64,000 nt of DNA from Phormidium sp. (GTDB lineage Bacteria > Cyanobacteriota > Cyanobacteriia > Cyanobacteriales > Aerosakkonemataceae): NCBI GenBank assembly GCA_051013385.1, contig CP143273.1, positions 1,600,001 through 1,664,000 on the forward strand. The letters run 5' to 3'. Shown one piece after another: positions 21,480-31,949 of the stretch. Made by a program: the position numbers and the translations under genes. Numbering within the stretch: position 1 is the stretch's first letter; every line of letters starts with the position of its first letter. The notes beneath the pieces were generated by a model. It ran no database searches. It had not been told where the DNA came from and worked only from the letters and a program-made list of their open reading frames with translations.

Positions 21480-21534
21480 GTAAAGATATGCGATAACATC
21501 ACAGATGTAGTACAAAACACATCTGAACTCAGTT

Positions 21535-21897
21535 ATGGAACCAGATTCATTACCAACTGAGGTGATTCTGACGTATCCACGTCGTTCTCTGGGTAAAATT
21601 AACCTCGACTGGACACCTCAACCCGGAAACTATCTCAATTTAGAAGGTCAAACTTACGCTGTTTTAGAACGCAGTCACCGCTACCAATATAAACTAGGTG
21701 GCTATGAACTCCATAAAATTGCCCTTTATGTCCAATCAGCGCCAAGTACGGCTGATAGAAGTTTGTACAAAGGTCGCTGGGTAGTGGGAGACGCTAGTTG
21801 TCGGTTTAATGCACATTCGGAAATTATGCGTTGTGCGGTTAATCCAGATGGCCCATGCGATCGCTGTCGTCATTATGAATCATCTGCTGCCCAATAA
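21535..21897 (+). CDS. conserved cyanobacterial protein (DUF6464-like)
   Basis: C-terminal GDASCRFNA...RCAVNPDGPC..C motif. Confidence 0.8.
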   Translation: MEPDSLPTEVILTYPRRSLGKINLDWTPQPGNYLNLEGQTYAVLERSHRYQYKLGGYELHKIALYVQSAPSTADRSLYKGRWVVGDASCRFNAHSEIMRCAVNPDGPCDRCRHYESSAAQ

Positions 21898-21904
21898 AGT
21901 TCTA

Positions 21905-22909
21905 TCACCGACCATTTTCTAACACCTCTCCCACTGTTAAACGAGTTCCGTTAACAAAATCCCATCCTGACTGGGGACGTTTGCCAGCAATTTGAACTTC
22001 TCTAAGTAGCAAAAGTCCCTCTCCGGTTTGAATGATCGGCCCAATCCCCTTGGCAAGACTGACGACTTCCCCAGGTTTACCAACATGAGAAGCTAAATTA
22101 GCCCAGTCTTTTTCTAACACTTTTAAAGATGGGGGTAAATCTGCCCAGTACTCGGAGCCAAGGGGGGCAGTAGCGGTAATTTTTAGCGCATTTCCCCGTA
22201 AAGTTGCGACACAATCGGGATAAAATCCTCTAATTTGGTTGTGTAATGCGATCGCTTTTTGTGACCAATCAATCAAATAATCCGGCTTTTTAATCAGGGA
22301 AGCATAAGTAGCTATGGAATCATCTTGAGGAATCGGTTCAATTTCTTGGCGCTGCAAATTTAAGAGAGTTTCTATTAATAAATCTGCCCCTATTTGAGAT
22401 AAAGTTTTAGCTAAATCTAGGGAATTATCTAATAATGCGATCGGTGTCTTTGCTTTTAACAACATTGCGCCAGTATCCATCCCCGCATCCATCAACATGG
22501 TAGTAATACCCGTTTCTTTTTCCCCATGATACAGACACCATTGAATTGGGGCAGCACCTCGGTATTTAGGCAAAATGGAACCGTGAACATTAATACAACC
22601 AATTTTGGGCATATCCAAAATTTGCCGAGAAAGTATTTGCCCGTAAGCTACCACCACAAATACATCGGCGGCTGTTTCTTGCAATAACGCCAGAGTTTCT
22701 GGATCTTTTTTAATTCTTACTGGTTGCCAAACTGGTAATTTATGAGTTACAGCTAACCCTTTCACCGGAGAAGGTATCAATTGATTACCTCTACCGCGAC
22801 GTTTATCCGGTTGAGTAACTACAGCCAAAACTTCAAACTCTGGATGATTTAACAGTTTTTCCAAAGTTGGAACCGCGAATTCAGGTGTGCCAAAAAAGAT
22901 GATTTTCAT
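21905..22909 (-). CDS. fmt: methionyl-tRNA formyltransferase
   Basis: FFGTPEFA and [16 protein letters not shown] motifs. Confidence 0.98.
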   Translation of the reverse strand: MKIIFFGTPEFAVPTLEKLLNHPEFEVLAVVTQPDKRRGRGNQLIPSPVKGLAVTHKLPVWQPVRIKKDPETLALLQETAADVFVVVAYGQILSRQILDMPKIGCINVHGSILPKYRGAAPIQWCLYHGEKETGITTMLMDAGMDTGAMLLKAKTPIALLDNSLDLAKTLSQIGADLLIETLLNLQRQEIEPIPQDDSIATYASLIKKPDYLIDWSQKAIALHNQIRGFYPDCVATLRGNALKITATAPLGSEYWADLPPSLKVLEKDWANLASHVGKPGEVVSLAKGIGPIIQTGEGLLLLREVQIAGKRPQSGWDFVNGTRLTVGEVLENGR

Positions 22910-22965
22910 TAATTAAGTAAAGGGAACAGGGAACAGGGACAACGGAAAAAGCGAAAATCTAAAAT

Positions 22966-23724
22966 TTATTTGGGGGTTACTTTAATTTCTACCCGGCGGT
23001 TAAATTGCAAGTTGGTTTGATTTTCATCATTAACTAAAGGACTAATTTCCCCGTAACCTACAGGTATCCAGGTATAGGATCGATCCAAGCTAGAGGAGAG
23101 ATATTGCGCCATCGCTTCTGCTTGGCGAAAGGATAAGGCACGATTGTTACTTGGTTCACCCACACTATCAGTATGCAAGCCAATCACAACTGTTGCGCCT
23201 GGGTAATTTTTTAACTCATCAACCAACTTATCCAAAACTGGTTTTCCCTCAGTTAAGAGAAAACTTTGGTTATCTTCAAACAAAACATCCGCTGGAAATT
23301 TTCCCACCAGAGTATCTCGATTAATCAGCGGTTGGGTAGATAAAGCTAATTGACTAGCGCTTGGGAGTTGGGCTAAGTTTACCCGCAATTGTTGCCGAAT
23401 TGCTTTAATTCTGGCTTCTAGTTTAGGGTTATTGCCCCTCGTCTTTAACTGTCTTTCCCAGCGTTGTAACTCTGTTTCCAGTTGCTTCCTTTGCGCCGTT
23501 GTCAATTGCGCCTTCGTCTCCGGTTGACCAGCAACGTTAGGTTTATTACTATTCTCATCAGCATCCATCCCTGGAATTAATTCCGGTACTTTTGCTACCA
23601 AAGGTTTTTGCGGCGTTGATGCAGGATAAACAGTAGCTAATGCCACACCCAACAGGGCAGCGAAACCACCTCCTACCACCAACAATAAAAGTCTAAACAG
23701 AAAAACTAAGAAAAATCGCCCCAT
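22966..23724 (-). CDS. OmpA/MotB-domain membrane protein
   Basis: N-terminal TM segment; HTD...LS..QA...GYGE...NRRVEI. Confidence 0.88.
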   Translation of the reverse strand: MGRFFLVFLFRLLLLVVGGGFAALLGVALATVYPASTPQKPLVAKVPELIPGMDADENSNKPNVAGQPETKAQLTTAQRKQLETELQRWERQLKTRGNNPKLEARIKAIRQQLRVNLAQLPSASQLALSTQPLINRDTLVGKFPADVLFEDNQSFLLTEGKPVLDKLVDELKNYPGATVVIGLHTDSVGEPSNNRALSFRQAEAMAQYLSSSLDRSYTWIPVGYGEISPLVNDENQTNLQFNRRVEIKVTPK

Positions 23725-23851
23725 GTTGATTTTAATAAGTTTATCGGGAGCCAGAAAAACTTACTCCTGTTGATCCTTTTTTGTCAAGTCACCTAAAGAA
23801 GTAAGTTCTATTTAACTAAGTAAAACAACCAGCGAAGGTATCTTAAAAACC

Positions 23852-23896
23852 GTCAACTACCACACCCACGAGGGGACGGGGTTTTACGCACGTTTA
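23852..23896 (-). mobile_element. minimal IS605-derived palindromic element (left-end/right-end fusion)
   Basis: Minus strand TTTAT|TAAACGTGCGTAAAACCCCGTCCC...GTAGTTGAC resembles the left end at 21479 and an IS605 right-end terminus. Confidence 0.55.
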
Positions 23897-24008
23897 ATAA
23901 ATAAATTCCCACCTACTCTAGCAATTTGTCCAGATATGTATAGAATATGCTCAACCGTTCCTTTGGCCGTTCCTCCTTACACTAGAAGCGCTCTCAAGAG
24001 AAATATCA

Positions 24009-24905
24009 ATGTTTAAACGTCCACTGAATATTGGTCAGTATCTAATCAAACCACGCCAGTTAACCCTGACAACTGTGCTAGTTATCGCTTCCGCTTTAGT
24101 TGCGGGAAATTTATCGGCTTCTGCGAAAAGGGTAATACCAGTAAAATCTGTTACTGAGCAATTACCTAATCAAAAAACTGTTCCCGCAGTTCGCCCAACT
24201 GTGCCAGTAACAGAACCATCTCAAGCTCAGGTCGATCCTTTGGACAGTCCCTATCCTGTACCTTGGAATTGGGTGATGTCAACTCATGAACAGGTGAGTT
24301 CTACTAAAGGTTCGGGAGTTCGCTTCTACCGCACTCCCTCAGTGATTTCGCCGGATGGTAAGTATGCGGCTTACAGTCGGGTGCAACTGCGAGTCAAGCC
24401 GGAACTGTATAACAGTCATGTTAGCAGTGTGATGTTTGTGGAGAATTTGCAAACTAAACAGTTGCGAGTGGTGACGGCTAGTTCTCCTTTAGCGAACAAT
24501 CCGAACAAAGCCAAAGAAGCTGGGGATATGCCTGGGATTGTGACTATTTTAATTCCGGTTTCTTGGTCGGCAAGTGGCGATCGACTTTTGGCGCGTCAGT
24601 TTGAAGGTAGCCTCAGCGCTAGCGATGCTTCCGACTATGCAGTAGTTTGGGATCGCAATACGGGTCGCAGTAATACAATTTCTCCTAGCAATGCTGCCGA
24701 ATATGGTCAAGCAATTTTGCTAGGTTGGAGTAAAGCTAACCCAAAAGATGTGATTTTCCAAGCCGGGGAATTAGGCGACGAAAAACGTCAATTATGGGCA
24801 GTTAATATTCAGGGTAGGACGATCGCAGCTAAACTTGAAGATCAGCCGATCGTTTTTGGCAGCACCGTAAAACAAGCTTGGGCAGGGCCTCAAGCTGGTT
24901 GGTAA
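24009..24905 (+). CDS. secreted hypothetical protein (beta-propeller-like motifs)
   Basis: Signal-like N-terminus; SPDGKY and WSASGD motifs. Confidence 0.75.
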   Translation: MFKRPLNIGQYLIKPRQLTLTTVLVIASALVAGNLSASAKRVIPVKSVTEQLPNQKTVPAVRPTVPVTEPSQAQVDPLDSPYPVPWNWVMSTHEQVSSTKGSGVRFYRTPSVISPDGKYAAYSRVQLRVKPELYNSHVSSVMFVENLQTKQLRVVTASSPLANNPNKAKEAGDMPGIVTILIPVSWSASGDRLLARQFEGSLSASDASDYAVVWDRNTGRSNTISPSNAAEYGQAILLGWSKANPKDVIFQAGELGDEKRQLWAVNIQGRTIAAKLEDQPIVFGSTVKQAWAGPQAGW

Positions 24906-24909
24906 ACTA

Positions 24910-24940
24910 GATCCCCGACTTTTTGAAGAAGTCGGGGATC
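24910..24940. repeat. palindrome between convergent genes
   Basis: GATCCCCGACTT...AAGTCGGGGATC. Confidence 0.75.
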
Positions 24941-25431
24941 TAGGTAGCCAAAAACTGAGTTACTAACTCAATCGCTGAAGCCGGATTTTGAGCGATCGCC
25001 ACTTGATTTTTAGCTAAACTTTGAAAAAAAACTTGACTATTCTCATCATTATTTAACAAAATTACTTTTTTATTTGCCCTCAAAGCTAAAGCAATTTCGG
25101 AAGCAGTTCCAGCACCCATACCACAAGCAATAATCACATCGCTGGAAAGCACATTAATATTATTTCGCGCATTTCCTAAATCGGTAACAATGGCAATATC
25201 TACAGCAACAGAAGCAGTGGTAATATCAGAGGAAGGAAGAATACCGACGGTTAAACCATTGGCGGCTTTTGCACCTTTACTGGCAGCATCCATTACACCT
25301 TCCTTTCTTCCCCCTGTGAGCAATACCCATCCAGCTTGGGCAATTAATTTTCCTAGCTGATAAGCATTTTCTAAATCCAGGTTTGTGGCGTTATTGCCTG
25401 GGCCCATGACACCAATAATAATTTTTCTCAT
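24940..25431 (-). CDS. LOG/SLOG-family (TIGR00725-like) nucleotide-binding protein
   Basis: IIGVMG, LTGG..GVM, RNNIN and GTASE motifs; start placed at MRKIII. Confidence 0.85.
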   Translation of the reverse strand: MRKIIIGVMGPGNNATNLDLENAYQLGKLIAQAGWVLLTGGRKEGVMDAASKGAKAANGLTVGILPSSDITTASVAVDIAIVTDLGNARNNINVLSSDVIIACGMGAGTASEIALALRANKKVILLNNDENSQVFFQSLAKNQVAIAQNPASAIELVTQFLAT

Positions 25432-25452
25432 CACAATCTCTAAGTTTTTAAT

Positions 25453-26421
25453 ATGGCAAAAATATCTATAGATACTGTGGAACAAATGCGGCAGGAGTTG
25501 CTGGAAGATTCCCAACTAAATTTTAACTTTATGATTCTGACCATAGGTGCTTGTTTGATCGCTACCTTTGGCTTAGTTAGCAATAGTGCAGCTGTAATTA
25601 TTGGGGCGATGATTGTTGCACCATTAATGATGCCGTTGCGGGGAGCAGCTTTTGGCGCGTTGGAAGGAGATCGAATGTTATTCCGGGAAGCTGTTAAGTC
25701 GATCGCTATTGCCACTTTATTTTCTACCCTAGTTTCATGGTCGATCGGGCGTTTAATTGGTTTACCTGAATTTGGCTCGGAAGTTCTGGCTCGCACTGAA
25801 CCAACTTTACTGGATTTGGGAGTGGCTGTAACCGCTGGTGCAATCAGTGGTTTTGCTAAGGTAAGACCAAAAATTAGTGATGCTTTCGCCGGAACTGCGA
25901 TCGCCGTTGCCTTAATGCCCCCCATCTGTGTAGTTGGCTTAAGTTTATCTCAAGGAATTTGGAATTATAGTTGGGGCGCTTTCTTACTTTATCTCACCAA
26001 TCTTTTGGGCATTATTCTCGCTTGTATGTTGGTGTTTATCGGTGCGGGATATGCTAAGTACAACCATGCTTTCAATTGGACTTTAGGTATGGCTAGCATT
26101 TTATTGATCCCTTTGGGAATCAGTTTTTTTCAACTCCTCAGACAAGCCCAACTTCACCACACGATCAAGACGATTCTCCTTAAGCGTACTATTACGGTGG
26201 GTCAAATGGTGGAACTGAAACAGACCAACGTTGACTGGTCAGCCAAGCCACCAAGAGTTTACTTGACAGTGCGAAGTAACAACCTGGTTACTCCCAACCA
26301 AGTTCACCTGGTAGAAAATTTCCTTTCCAAAGAAATGGGCAGACCTTTTACTCTCGTGTTTCAAGTTGAACAAATTCAGGAAGTCAGAGCCAAAGATTCC
26401 GTAGAATCACCTAAAGAATAA
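25453..26421 (+). CDS. DUF389-type membrane protein
   Basis: NSAAVIIGAMIVAPLM and GTAIAVALMPP motifs. Confidence 0.9.
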   Translation: MAKISIDTVEQMRQELLEDSQLNFNFMILTIGACLIATFGLVSNSAAVIIGAMIVAPLMMPLRGAAFGALEGDRMLFREAVKSIAIATLFSTLVSWSIGRLIGLPEFGSEVLARTEPTLLDLGVAVTAGAISGFAKVRPKISDAFAGTAIAVALMPPICVVGLSLSQGIWNYSWGAFLLYLTNLLGIILACMLVFIGAGYAKYNHAFNWTLGMASILLIPLGISFFQLLRQAQLHHTIKTILLKRTITVGQMVELKQTNVDWSAKPPRVYLTVRSNNLVTPNQVHLVENFLSKEMGRPFTLVFQVEQIQEVRAKDSVESPKE

Positions 26422-26908
26422 TTTTTACTTCCCGAAAAGAGGACTCCAAGGCAGAAAGTTCCCAGAACAGAAGGTTTGTCTTCAGCTTTTTTTTCACTGT
26501 ATAGTTATTTATGCTACGCTGCACTAGTTACTTCTACTATTATTTTTTGTCGGTAGTTTTAACTAAGGGCTGCGTGTATTTACATAAACTTTAAACAGCC
26601 GCTTCTCAGGGGAGTTGGCTGTAAACCTTGTCAAGTTTATCTTTTGGTAGAGCGCAAGTTAAAAAGCTCAGATGAGATGGTTGTAAAGTTTATGTAAAAT
26701 TACTGATAAGTGCTTGAGTTTACGGATAAACTTACATAAGTTAAGTAATAAGCAACAAAAATCAGAGTAAAATTACATAGTAATTTCTTCCCTCTGGTCT
26801 GTTCGAGTTACAAATTGCCTGAGTAGCTCTTACTAGCCTGAAGTGTTGGCGATCGTACTCGGTTAACATCTACTCAATCAAACGGTTAACTCTAGGGGAA
26901 TCAGTAAA

Positions 26909-27538
26909 ATGTATATGAGTAATACCATAGAAACCTTATCAGGAAAGAATGGAATAAATAAGAGAAATAGTTATAAAGGATTAGCGGCAAAAAACCAGGC
27001 TATAAAGCTAGTTAGAACCAGGGAAAACTTAAGAGCAACCGATATAGTAGATTGGCAAGAATTCGGTAAAGAATTTGATTTCCTTTCCGCTCCTTTGCAG
27101 GTTCATTCTCGCAATGGAGTCAAACTAAAAGTAAGTTCTAGGGGAAGTTTTCTGCGGCTTGATGAAGGTAGCGGAATCAAAGGAAATTTTCCATCAGGAG
27201 ACAAATTACTGTTTTTAGAGTTTTCTGACAGTGCAATTACAATTGATTTTGCTACTCCTATTTTTGGTGTCGGTACACAAATTCAAAGGGCATTTTTTGG
27301 GGCTTTCACGGGAGTAATTGAAGCTTTCGATCGCAGTGGTAAAAGTTTAGGCAAATTCAGTATTCGCGGTAACAGTGACAATGCTGGTAATGACTCAGCA
27401 CCATTTATCGGTGTACTGAGTAAAACCGCTAATATTAGCAGAATCACCTTATATGTACCAGAAAATAATGGTTATGGCTTTACTATTAACGGGTTGCATT
27501 TAGTCACTCGGAATTTACCGCATATTGCAGGTTTTTAA
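26909..27538 (+). CDS. hypothetical beta-rich protein
   Basis: 209-aa ORF followed by a hairpin. Confidence 0.7.
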   Translation: MYMSNTIETLSGKNGINKRNSYKGLAAKNQAIKLVRTRENLRATDIVDWQEFGKEFDFLSAPLQVHSRNGVKLKVSSRGSFLRLDEGSGIKGNFPSGDKLLFLEFSDSAITIDFATPIFGVGTQIQRAFFGAFTGVIEAFDRSGKSLGKFSIRGNSDNAGNDSAPFIGVLSKTANISRITLYVPENNGYGFTINGLHLVTRNLPHIAGF

Positions 27539-27547
27539 ATTACACCC

Positions 27548-27584
27548 CAAAAACCCGGTTTCTTGAAGAAACCGGGTTTTTTTT
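27548..27584. terminator. bidirectional hairpin / dispersed palindrome AAAACCCGGTTTCT
   Basis: Inverted repeat with A/T tails; the same arms occur at 34510-34575. Confidence 0.75.
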
Positions 27585-27595
27585 GTACCTCAATC

Positions 27596-28477
27596 TTAAA
27601 AGAGCAATCCGCCAATCATTCCGGCAAGTAATCCAAACCCAATCCAGACATTTTGGCGAAAGATTTGCCCATAAACGGGTTTTGCTAAATCGGTTTTGCG
27701 TAATTGGGAATAATGCCAAATCCAGCCAACTATGGCGGCGACAAAAGCTAACCAAAAGCCGAAATGTAGCTGCATATCTATGCCTAACCAAGCTAGCAAA
27801 AAAGCAGTGCCAAAAAAGAAAATTCCCACTGCTTCTGGTGCAAATTGACCAAAAAATAAAGCACTAGAATTAATCCCAATGCGGCGATCGTCTTCTTTGT
27901 CACTCATGGCATAAACCGTATCAAATCCCAGTGTCCAAAACACTGTTGCACCCCAAAGCAACCAAGTATCAAATTCTAAATTTCCTACGGCTGCACTCCA
28001 ACTAATTAATACGGCAAAACCCCAAGCAATTGATAGGACTAATTGGGGGATGGGAAACACTCGTTTAGCTGTAGGGTAAAAAATAATTACGGGAATTGCA
28101 GCGACGCATAACCAAAAGCTTAAAGGATTTAGATAAAGTGCTAACACACCTGCACAACATAAAGCGATAATGGCGATCGCAATTCCGGTGCGAATTGATA
28201 AAGCGCGAGAAGCTAAGGGACGTTCTTTTGTTCTTTCCACTTGCGGATCGATATCACGATCCCACAAATCATTCACAACACAACCTGCTGCACTTGTAGC
28301 TAAACTCCCTAAGACAATTACGCCGACGAGTAGCGCTGGTGGTGTGCCCCTAGCTGCTAAAAACACTGCCCAAAGTGCAGGTATCATTAAAATTAAACGT
28401 CCTGCTGGTTTATCCCATCTCAACAGTCGAATTATGGTAGCGCCGGGGAAAGTTTGCTGTGTGTCTTGAGAGAGCAT
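27596..28477 (-). CDS. ubiA: 4-hydroxybenzoate solanesyltransferase (UbiA family)
   Basis: RWDKPAG, NDLWDRDID..VERT..RP and DTVYAMSD motifs. Confidence 0.95.
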   Translation of the reverse strand: MLSQDTQQTFPGATIIRLLRWDKPAGRLILMIPALWAVFLAARGTPPALLVGVIVLGSLATSAAGCVVNDLWDRDIDPQVERTKERPLASRALSIRTGIAIAIIALCCAGVLALYLNPLSFWLCVAAIPVIIFYPTAKRVFPIPQLVLSIAWGFAVLISWSAAVGNLEFDTWLLWGATVFWTLGFDTVYAMSDKEDDRRIGINSSALFFGQFAPEAVGIFFFGTAFLLAWLGIDMQLHFGFWLAFVAAIVGWIWHYSQLRKTDLAKPVYGQIFRQNVWIGFGLLAGMIGGLLF

Positions 28478-28742
28478 AGTTTGAGTTATATCAATTTATC
28501 CTTTACTAAAAATATCGTTACATTATTTGGTTTGATTTTGGCAATCTACGCCCCTGCAAACCTAGTTTTGCAGAAGTTACCCGGTTTCTTTGTCGCTAAA
28601 TTACCGGAAAAATGCTGTATTTGTTCCTTGTTCCCTCCTCCCTGGCAATTTTCAATTTGGATTGATTGCCGGGAAAGGAGGAGAAAAACTGATATTATTC
28701 CTGAAGGGAGAGGGTTTAAACTGTGTCGTAGATCCAACTATT

Positions 28743-30392
28743 ATGGGAAATCCTGTTGTGGAAAATCAGGTAAATATTCCTAGTGCTACTGGGGAAAAAA
28801 ATCGCATTCTCGCTGCTATTGATATGGGGACTAATTCGATTCACATGGTAGTGGTGCGAATTATCCCAGAATTACCAGCTTTTATGATTATTGAACGGGA
28901 AAAAGATACAGTAAGGTTAGGCGATCGCGATCCCGATACCCACAACTTAAAACCGGAAGCTATGGAAAGGGCAATTTCGACTTTACATCGTTGTCGCGAA
29001 CTTGCCAAAACTTTGAATGCAGAACAAATTATTGCTGTGGCGACTAGTGCGGTACGCGAAGCACCTAATGGGCGAGATTTTCTCAAGCAAGTTGAAGCGG
29101 AAACTGGGTTAGTTGTCGATTTAATTTCTGGACAAGAGGAAGCAAGAAGAATTTATTTAGGCGTTTTGTCGGGGATGGAATTTAATAACCAACCCCACAT
29201 TATTATTGATATTGGGGGCGGTTCTACAGAGTTAATTTTAGGAGATAGTCAGGAACCGCGATCGCTCAGTAGTACCAAAGTTGGTGCAGTTAGACTTAGC
29301 GCTGAATTTATTAGCACCGATCCGATTAGTAACTCGGAGTTTTATTACCTGCAAGCTTACATTCGGGTAATGTTAGAAAGAGCAGTTGATGATTTAAAAG
29401 CTAATTTAAAACCCGGTGAATCTCCCCGTTTAGTCGGAACTTCGGGGACTATTGAAGCTTTAGCTATGATTCACGCTAGGGAAAAATTTGGGATGATTCC
29501 TAATCCTTTGAATGGCTATCAATTTAGTTTAAAAGATTTACGAGATATTGTAAATCGCCTTCGCAAAATGAATAACACCGAACGCGGTGCTATACCGGGA
29601 ATGTCCGATCGGCGATCGGAAATTATTTTACCGGGCGCTTTAATTTTACAAGAAGCGATGTCTTTATTAGGCACAGAAAATCTCACCATTTGTGAGCGCA
29701 GTTTGCGGGAAGGTGTCATAGTTGATTGGATGCTGACTCATGGTTTAATTGAAGATCGGTTGCGCTATCAAAGTTCAGTTAGAGAACGCAGCGTTTTCCA
29801 ATCTGCTCAAAAATATCGAGTTGATTTAGCACATAGTCAAAGAGTTGCAGAATTTGCGCTCAGTATCTTCGATCAAACCAAAGGTAAATTACATAATTGG
29901 GGAGAATTAGAAAGAGAATTACTTTGGGCTGGGGCTATTTTACATAATAGCGGACATTATGTTAGTCATTCAGCACACCACAAGCATTCTTACTATTTAA
30001 TTCGCTATAGTGAGTTACTTGGTTACACGGAAACAGAAATCGAACTAATTGCTAATTTAGCTCGGTATCACCGAAAAAGCGCCCCGAAGAAAAAACATGA
30101 AAACTTTCGGAATTTACCGACAAAAGAATATCGCCTAATGGTGAGTCAGTTAAGTGCTTTCCTGCGAATATCGGTAGCATTAGATAGAAGACAAATTGGT
30201 GCTATTAGTCGCTTGGAGTGTGAGTATATTCCATATTTGGCAGAATTTCGCTTAAAACTTTTCCCGACTTTCCCTGATGATGATTGCGCCTTAGAACTTT
30301 GGAGTTTAAATTATAAGAAGGATTCTTTTGAAGCTGAATACAGCTTGAAATTGGTTGCTCAATTGGAACCTACTGCTGTTACTGTTGGTTAA
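28743..30392 (+). CDS. ppx: Ppx/GppA exopolyphosphatase
   Basis: AAIDMGTNS, ATSAVREA and DIGGGSTE motifs; C-terminal HD-like region. Confidence 0.95.
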   Translation: MGNPVVENQVNIPSATGEKNRILAAIDMGTNSIHMVVVRIIPELPAFMIIEREKDTVRLGDRDPDTHNLKPEAMERAISTLHRCRELAKTLNAEQIIAVATSAVREAPNGRDFLKQVEAETGLVVDLISGQEEARRIYLGVLSGMEFNNQPHIIIDIGGGSTELILGDSQEPRSLSSTKVGAVRLSAEFISTDPISNSEFYYLQAYIRVMLERAVDDLKANLKPGESPRLVGTSGTIEALAMIHAREKFGMIPNPLNGYQFSLKDLRDIVNRLRKMNNTERGAIPGMSDRRSEIILPGALILQEAMSLLGTENLTICERSLREGVIVDWMLTHGLIEDRLRYQSSVRERSVFQSAQKYRVDLAHSQRVAEFALSIFDQTKGKLHNWGELERELLWAGAILHNSGHYVSHSAHHKHSYYLIRYSELLGYTETEIELIANLARYHRKSAPKKKHENFRNLPTKEYRLMVSQLSAFLRISVALDRRQIGAISRLECEYIPYLAEFRLKLFPTFPDDDCALELWSLNYKKDSFEAEYSLKLVAQLEPTAVTVG

Positions 30393-30458
30393 GGGTACAA
30401 ATAACTTGTCGAAGTTGAGATGGCGCGATCGACCCTCGCTCTGCAAAAATAAAAGTTC

Positions 30459-31247
30459 ATGAAAACAAACAGCCTGTTTTATCACATCTTCCAAAATTTT
30501 CCCAGTATCTTTTTTGAACTGATTGGACACCCGCCAACAGAAACCAGCGGCTATGAGTTTCAATCTATCGAATTCAAAGATACAAATCAAAGAATTGATG
30601 GCATATTTATTCCCGCTAAACGCACCCGTCAACCAATTTATTTTGTTGGCGTACAATCTCAATTCGATGAGGATTTTTACTATCGATTTTTTACGGAAAT
30701 CTTTCTTTATTTAGACCAAAATAAATCTAACAGAGATTGGTTTGCTATGGCGGTTTATCCCCGTCGCCTGATTGAATCAGTAGTCCCAAGACCTTACCAA
30801 TGGTTAGTAGAAAGCGACCATATTAAACGTTTGTACTTAGATGAATTAGGACTGATTGCTAATCAATCATTGGGTTTGGGAATGTTAAAATTACTGGTGG
30901 AAGATGAAGCTAAAGCTCAACAGAGAGCCGAGTATTTAATTCATCAAATCCAGCAACTAACTCCCAGTAAAGAACAAGCAAACTTTGCGGATTTATTGAC
31001 AACAGTTTTAGCATATAAATTCCCACAATTGGGAATTCAGGAGTTAACGAAAATGTTTGAATTAAGCGAATTAAAACAAAGCAACCTTTATCAAGAAGCT
31101 AAGACAGAAGGGAAATTAGAAACGGTTCCTCTGTTATTAGAATTAGGATTGAGCGTGGAGAGAATTGCTCAAGAATTGCATTTAGATCTTGTGCAAGTGA
31201 AAGAAGCGGCTCAAGAATTAGCTGGACAAGAAACTACTTTGGAATAG
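30459..31247 (+). CDS. Rpn-family/DUF2887-like putative nuclease
   Basis: MKTNSLFY.IFQ and RIDGIFIP motifs; the usual EVQFQ appears as GVQSQ. Confidence 0.8.
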   Translation: MKTNSLFYHIFQNFPSIFFELIGHPPTETSGYEFQSIEFKDTNQRIDGIFIPAKRTRQPIYFVGVQSQFDEDFYYRFFTEIFLYLDQNKSNRDWFAMAVYPRRLIESVVPRPYQWLVESDHIKRLYLDELGLIANQSLGLGMLKLLVEDEAKAQQRAEYLIHQIQQLTPSKEQANFADLLTTVLAYKFPQLGIQELTKMFELSELKQSNLYQEAKTEGKLETVPLLLELGLSVERIAQELHLDLVQVKEAAQELAGQETTLE

Positions 31248-31401
31248 CTGTTTTGGGGAGGAGGGGATTGGGGATTGAGGAAGTTGTGTGAGATAAAGAA
31301 CTGGCATAATGAAAAACAAATTTCGCGTAAAATTCCACAGGTGTTAATCCCACCAAAAATCACCGAGTCTGGAATTTGCTCAGGGTAAAGCTGAGGACTG
31401 T

Positions 31402-31692
31402 TTAATTTCCTCGCAGTGTTTGATACCTGTAGGAAGCGTATGTATCAAAAATTGCCCCTACGACAGCGAAAGCAAACCCGATCGCCAAAACGCCATCCAT
31501 CGGAGAACCATCACCAAAAATTTCCAAAAACCTCGCCAATCCCTCAATTCCAGACTGACAAAGAATCTCAAAACCGGGAACGAAACCCACCAAAGACAGA
31601 CCAACTAAGATTGCACCAATCAGAAATACTGGAGCAACGAAGCTGAAAGCAGTTGTCAGCAGCAAGCGAAAGAACTTCGGTAAAATACTCAT
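31402..31692 (-). CDS. hypothetical membrane protein
   Basis: Hydrophobic 96-aa ORF. Confidence 0.7.
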   Translation of the reverse strand: MSILPKFFRLLLTTAFSFVAPVFLIGAILVGLSLVGFVPGFEILCQSGIEGLARFLEIFGDGSPMDGVLAIGFAFAVVGAIFDTYASYRYQTLRGN

Positions 31693-31828
31693 GTTCGGAA
31701 ATGATATTGCAATTGAACTGAGTCACGGCAAGCTGATTGATTTACCTTGCCACTATATACAATAAGCGCAATACCCAAATTCTCACCCAAAGTTTAAAAA
31801 TCTTAAATCTTCCTTAAGAAATCGTAGG

Positions 31829-31912
31829 TTGACACTCCCCATGCCTAAAGGCGAGGGGATTCTTCATTCACAGACTCGGCTTGCCGTAATATCAGGCGCT
31901 CAGTCCAAAGCG
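31829..31912 (-). mobile_element. orphan IS200/IS605 right end (omegaRNA-like 3' portion)
   Basis: Minus strand ...GAAGAATCCCCTCGCCTTTAGGCATGGGGAGTGTCAA: a hairpin ending in TCAA. Confidence 0.7.
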
Positions 31913-31949
31913 GGATAATGTGGTGAGGGAAGGGAATAGGGAACAAAGA

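Noticed and set aside
28590..28742. N-terminal extension of ppx in the ORF track
   Set aside because: Non-ATG start and no family similarity; the ATG at 28743 is more plausible.
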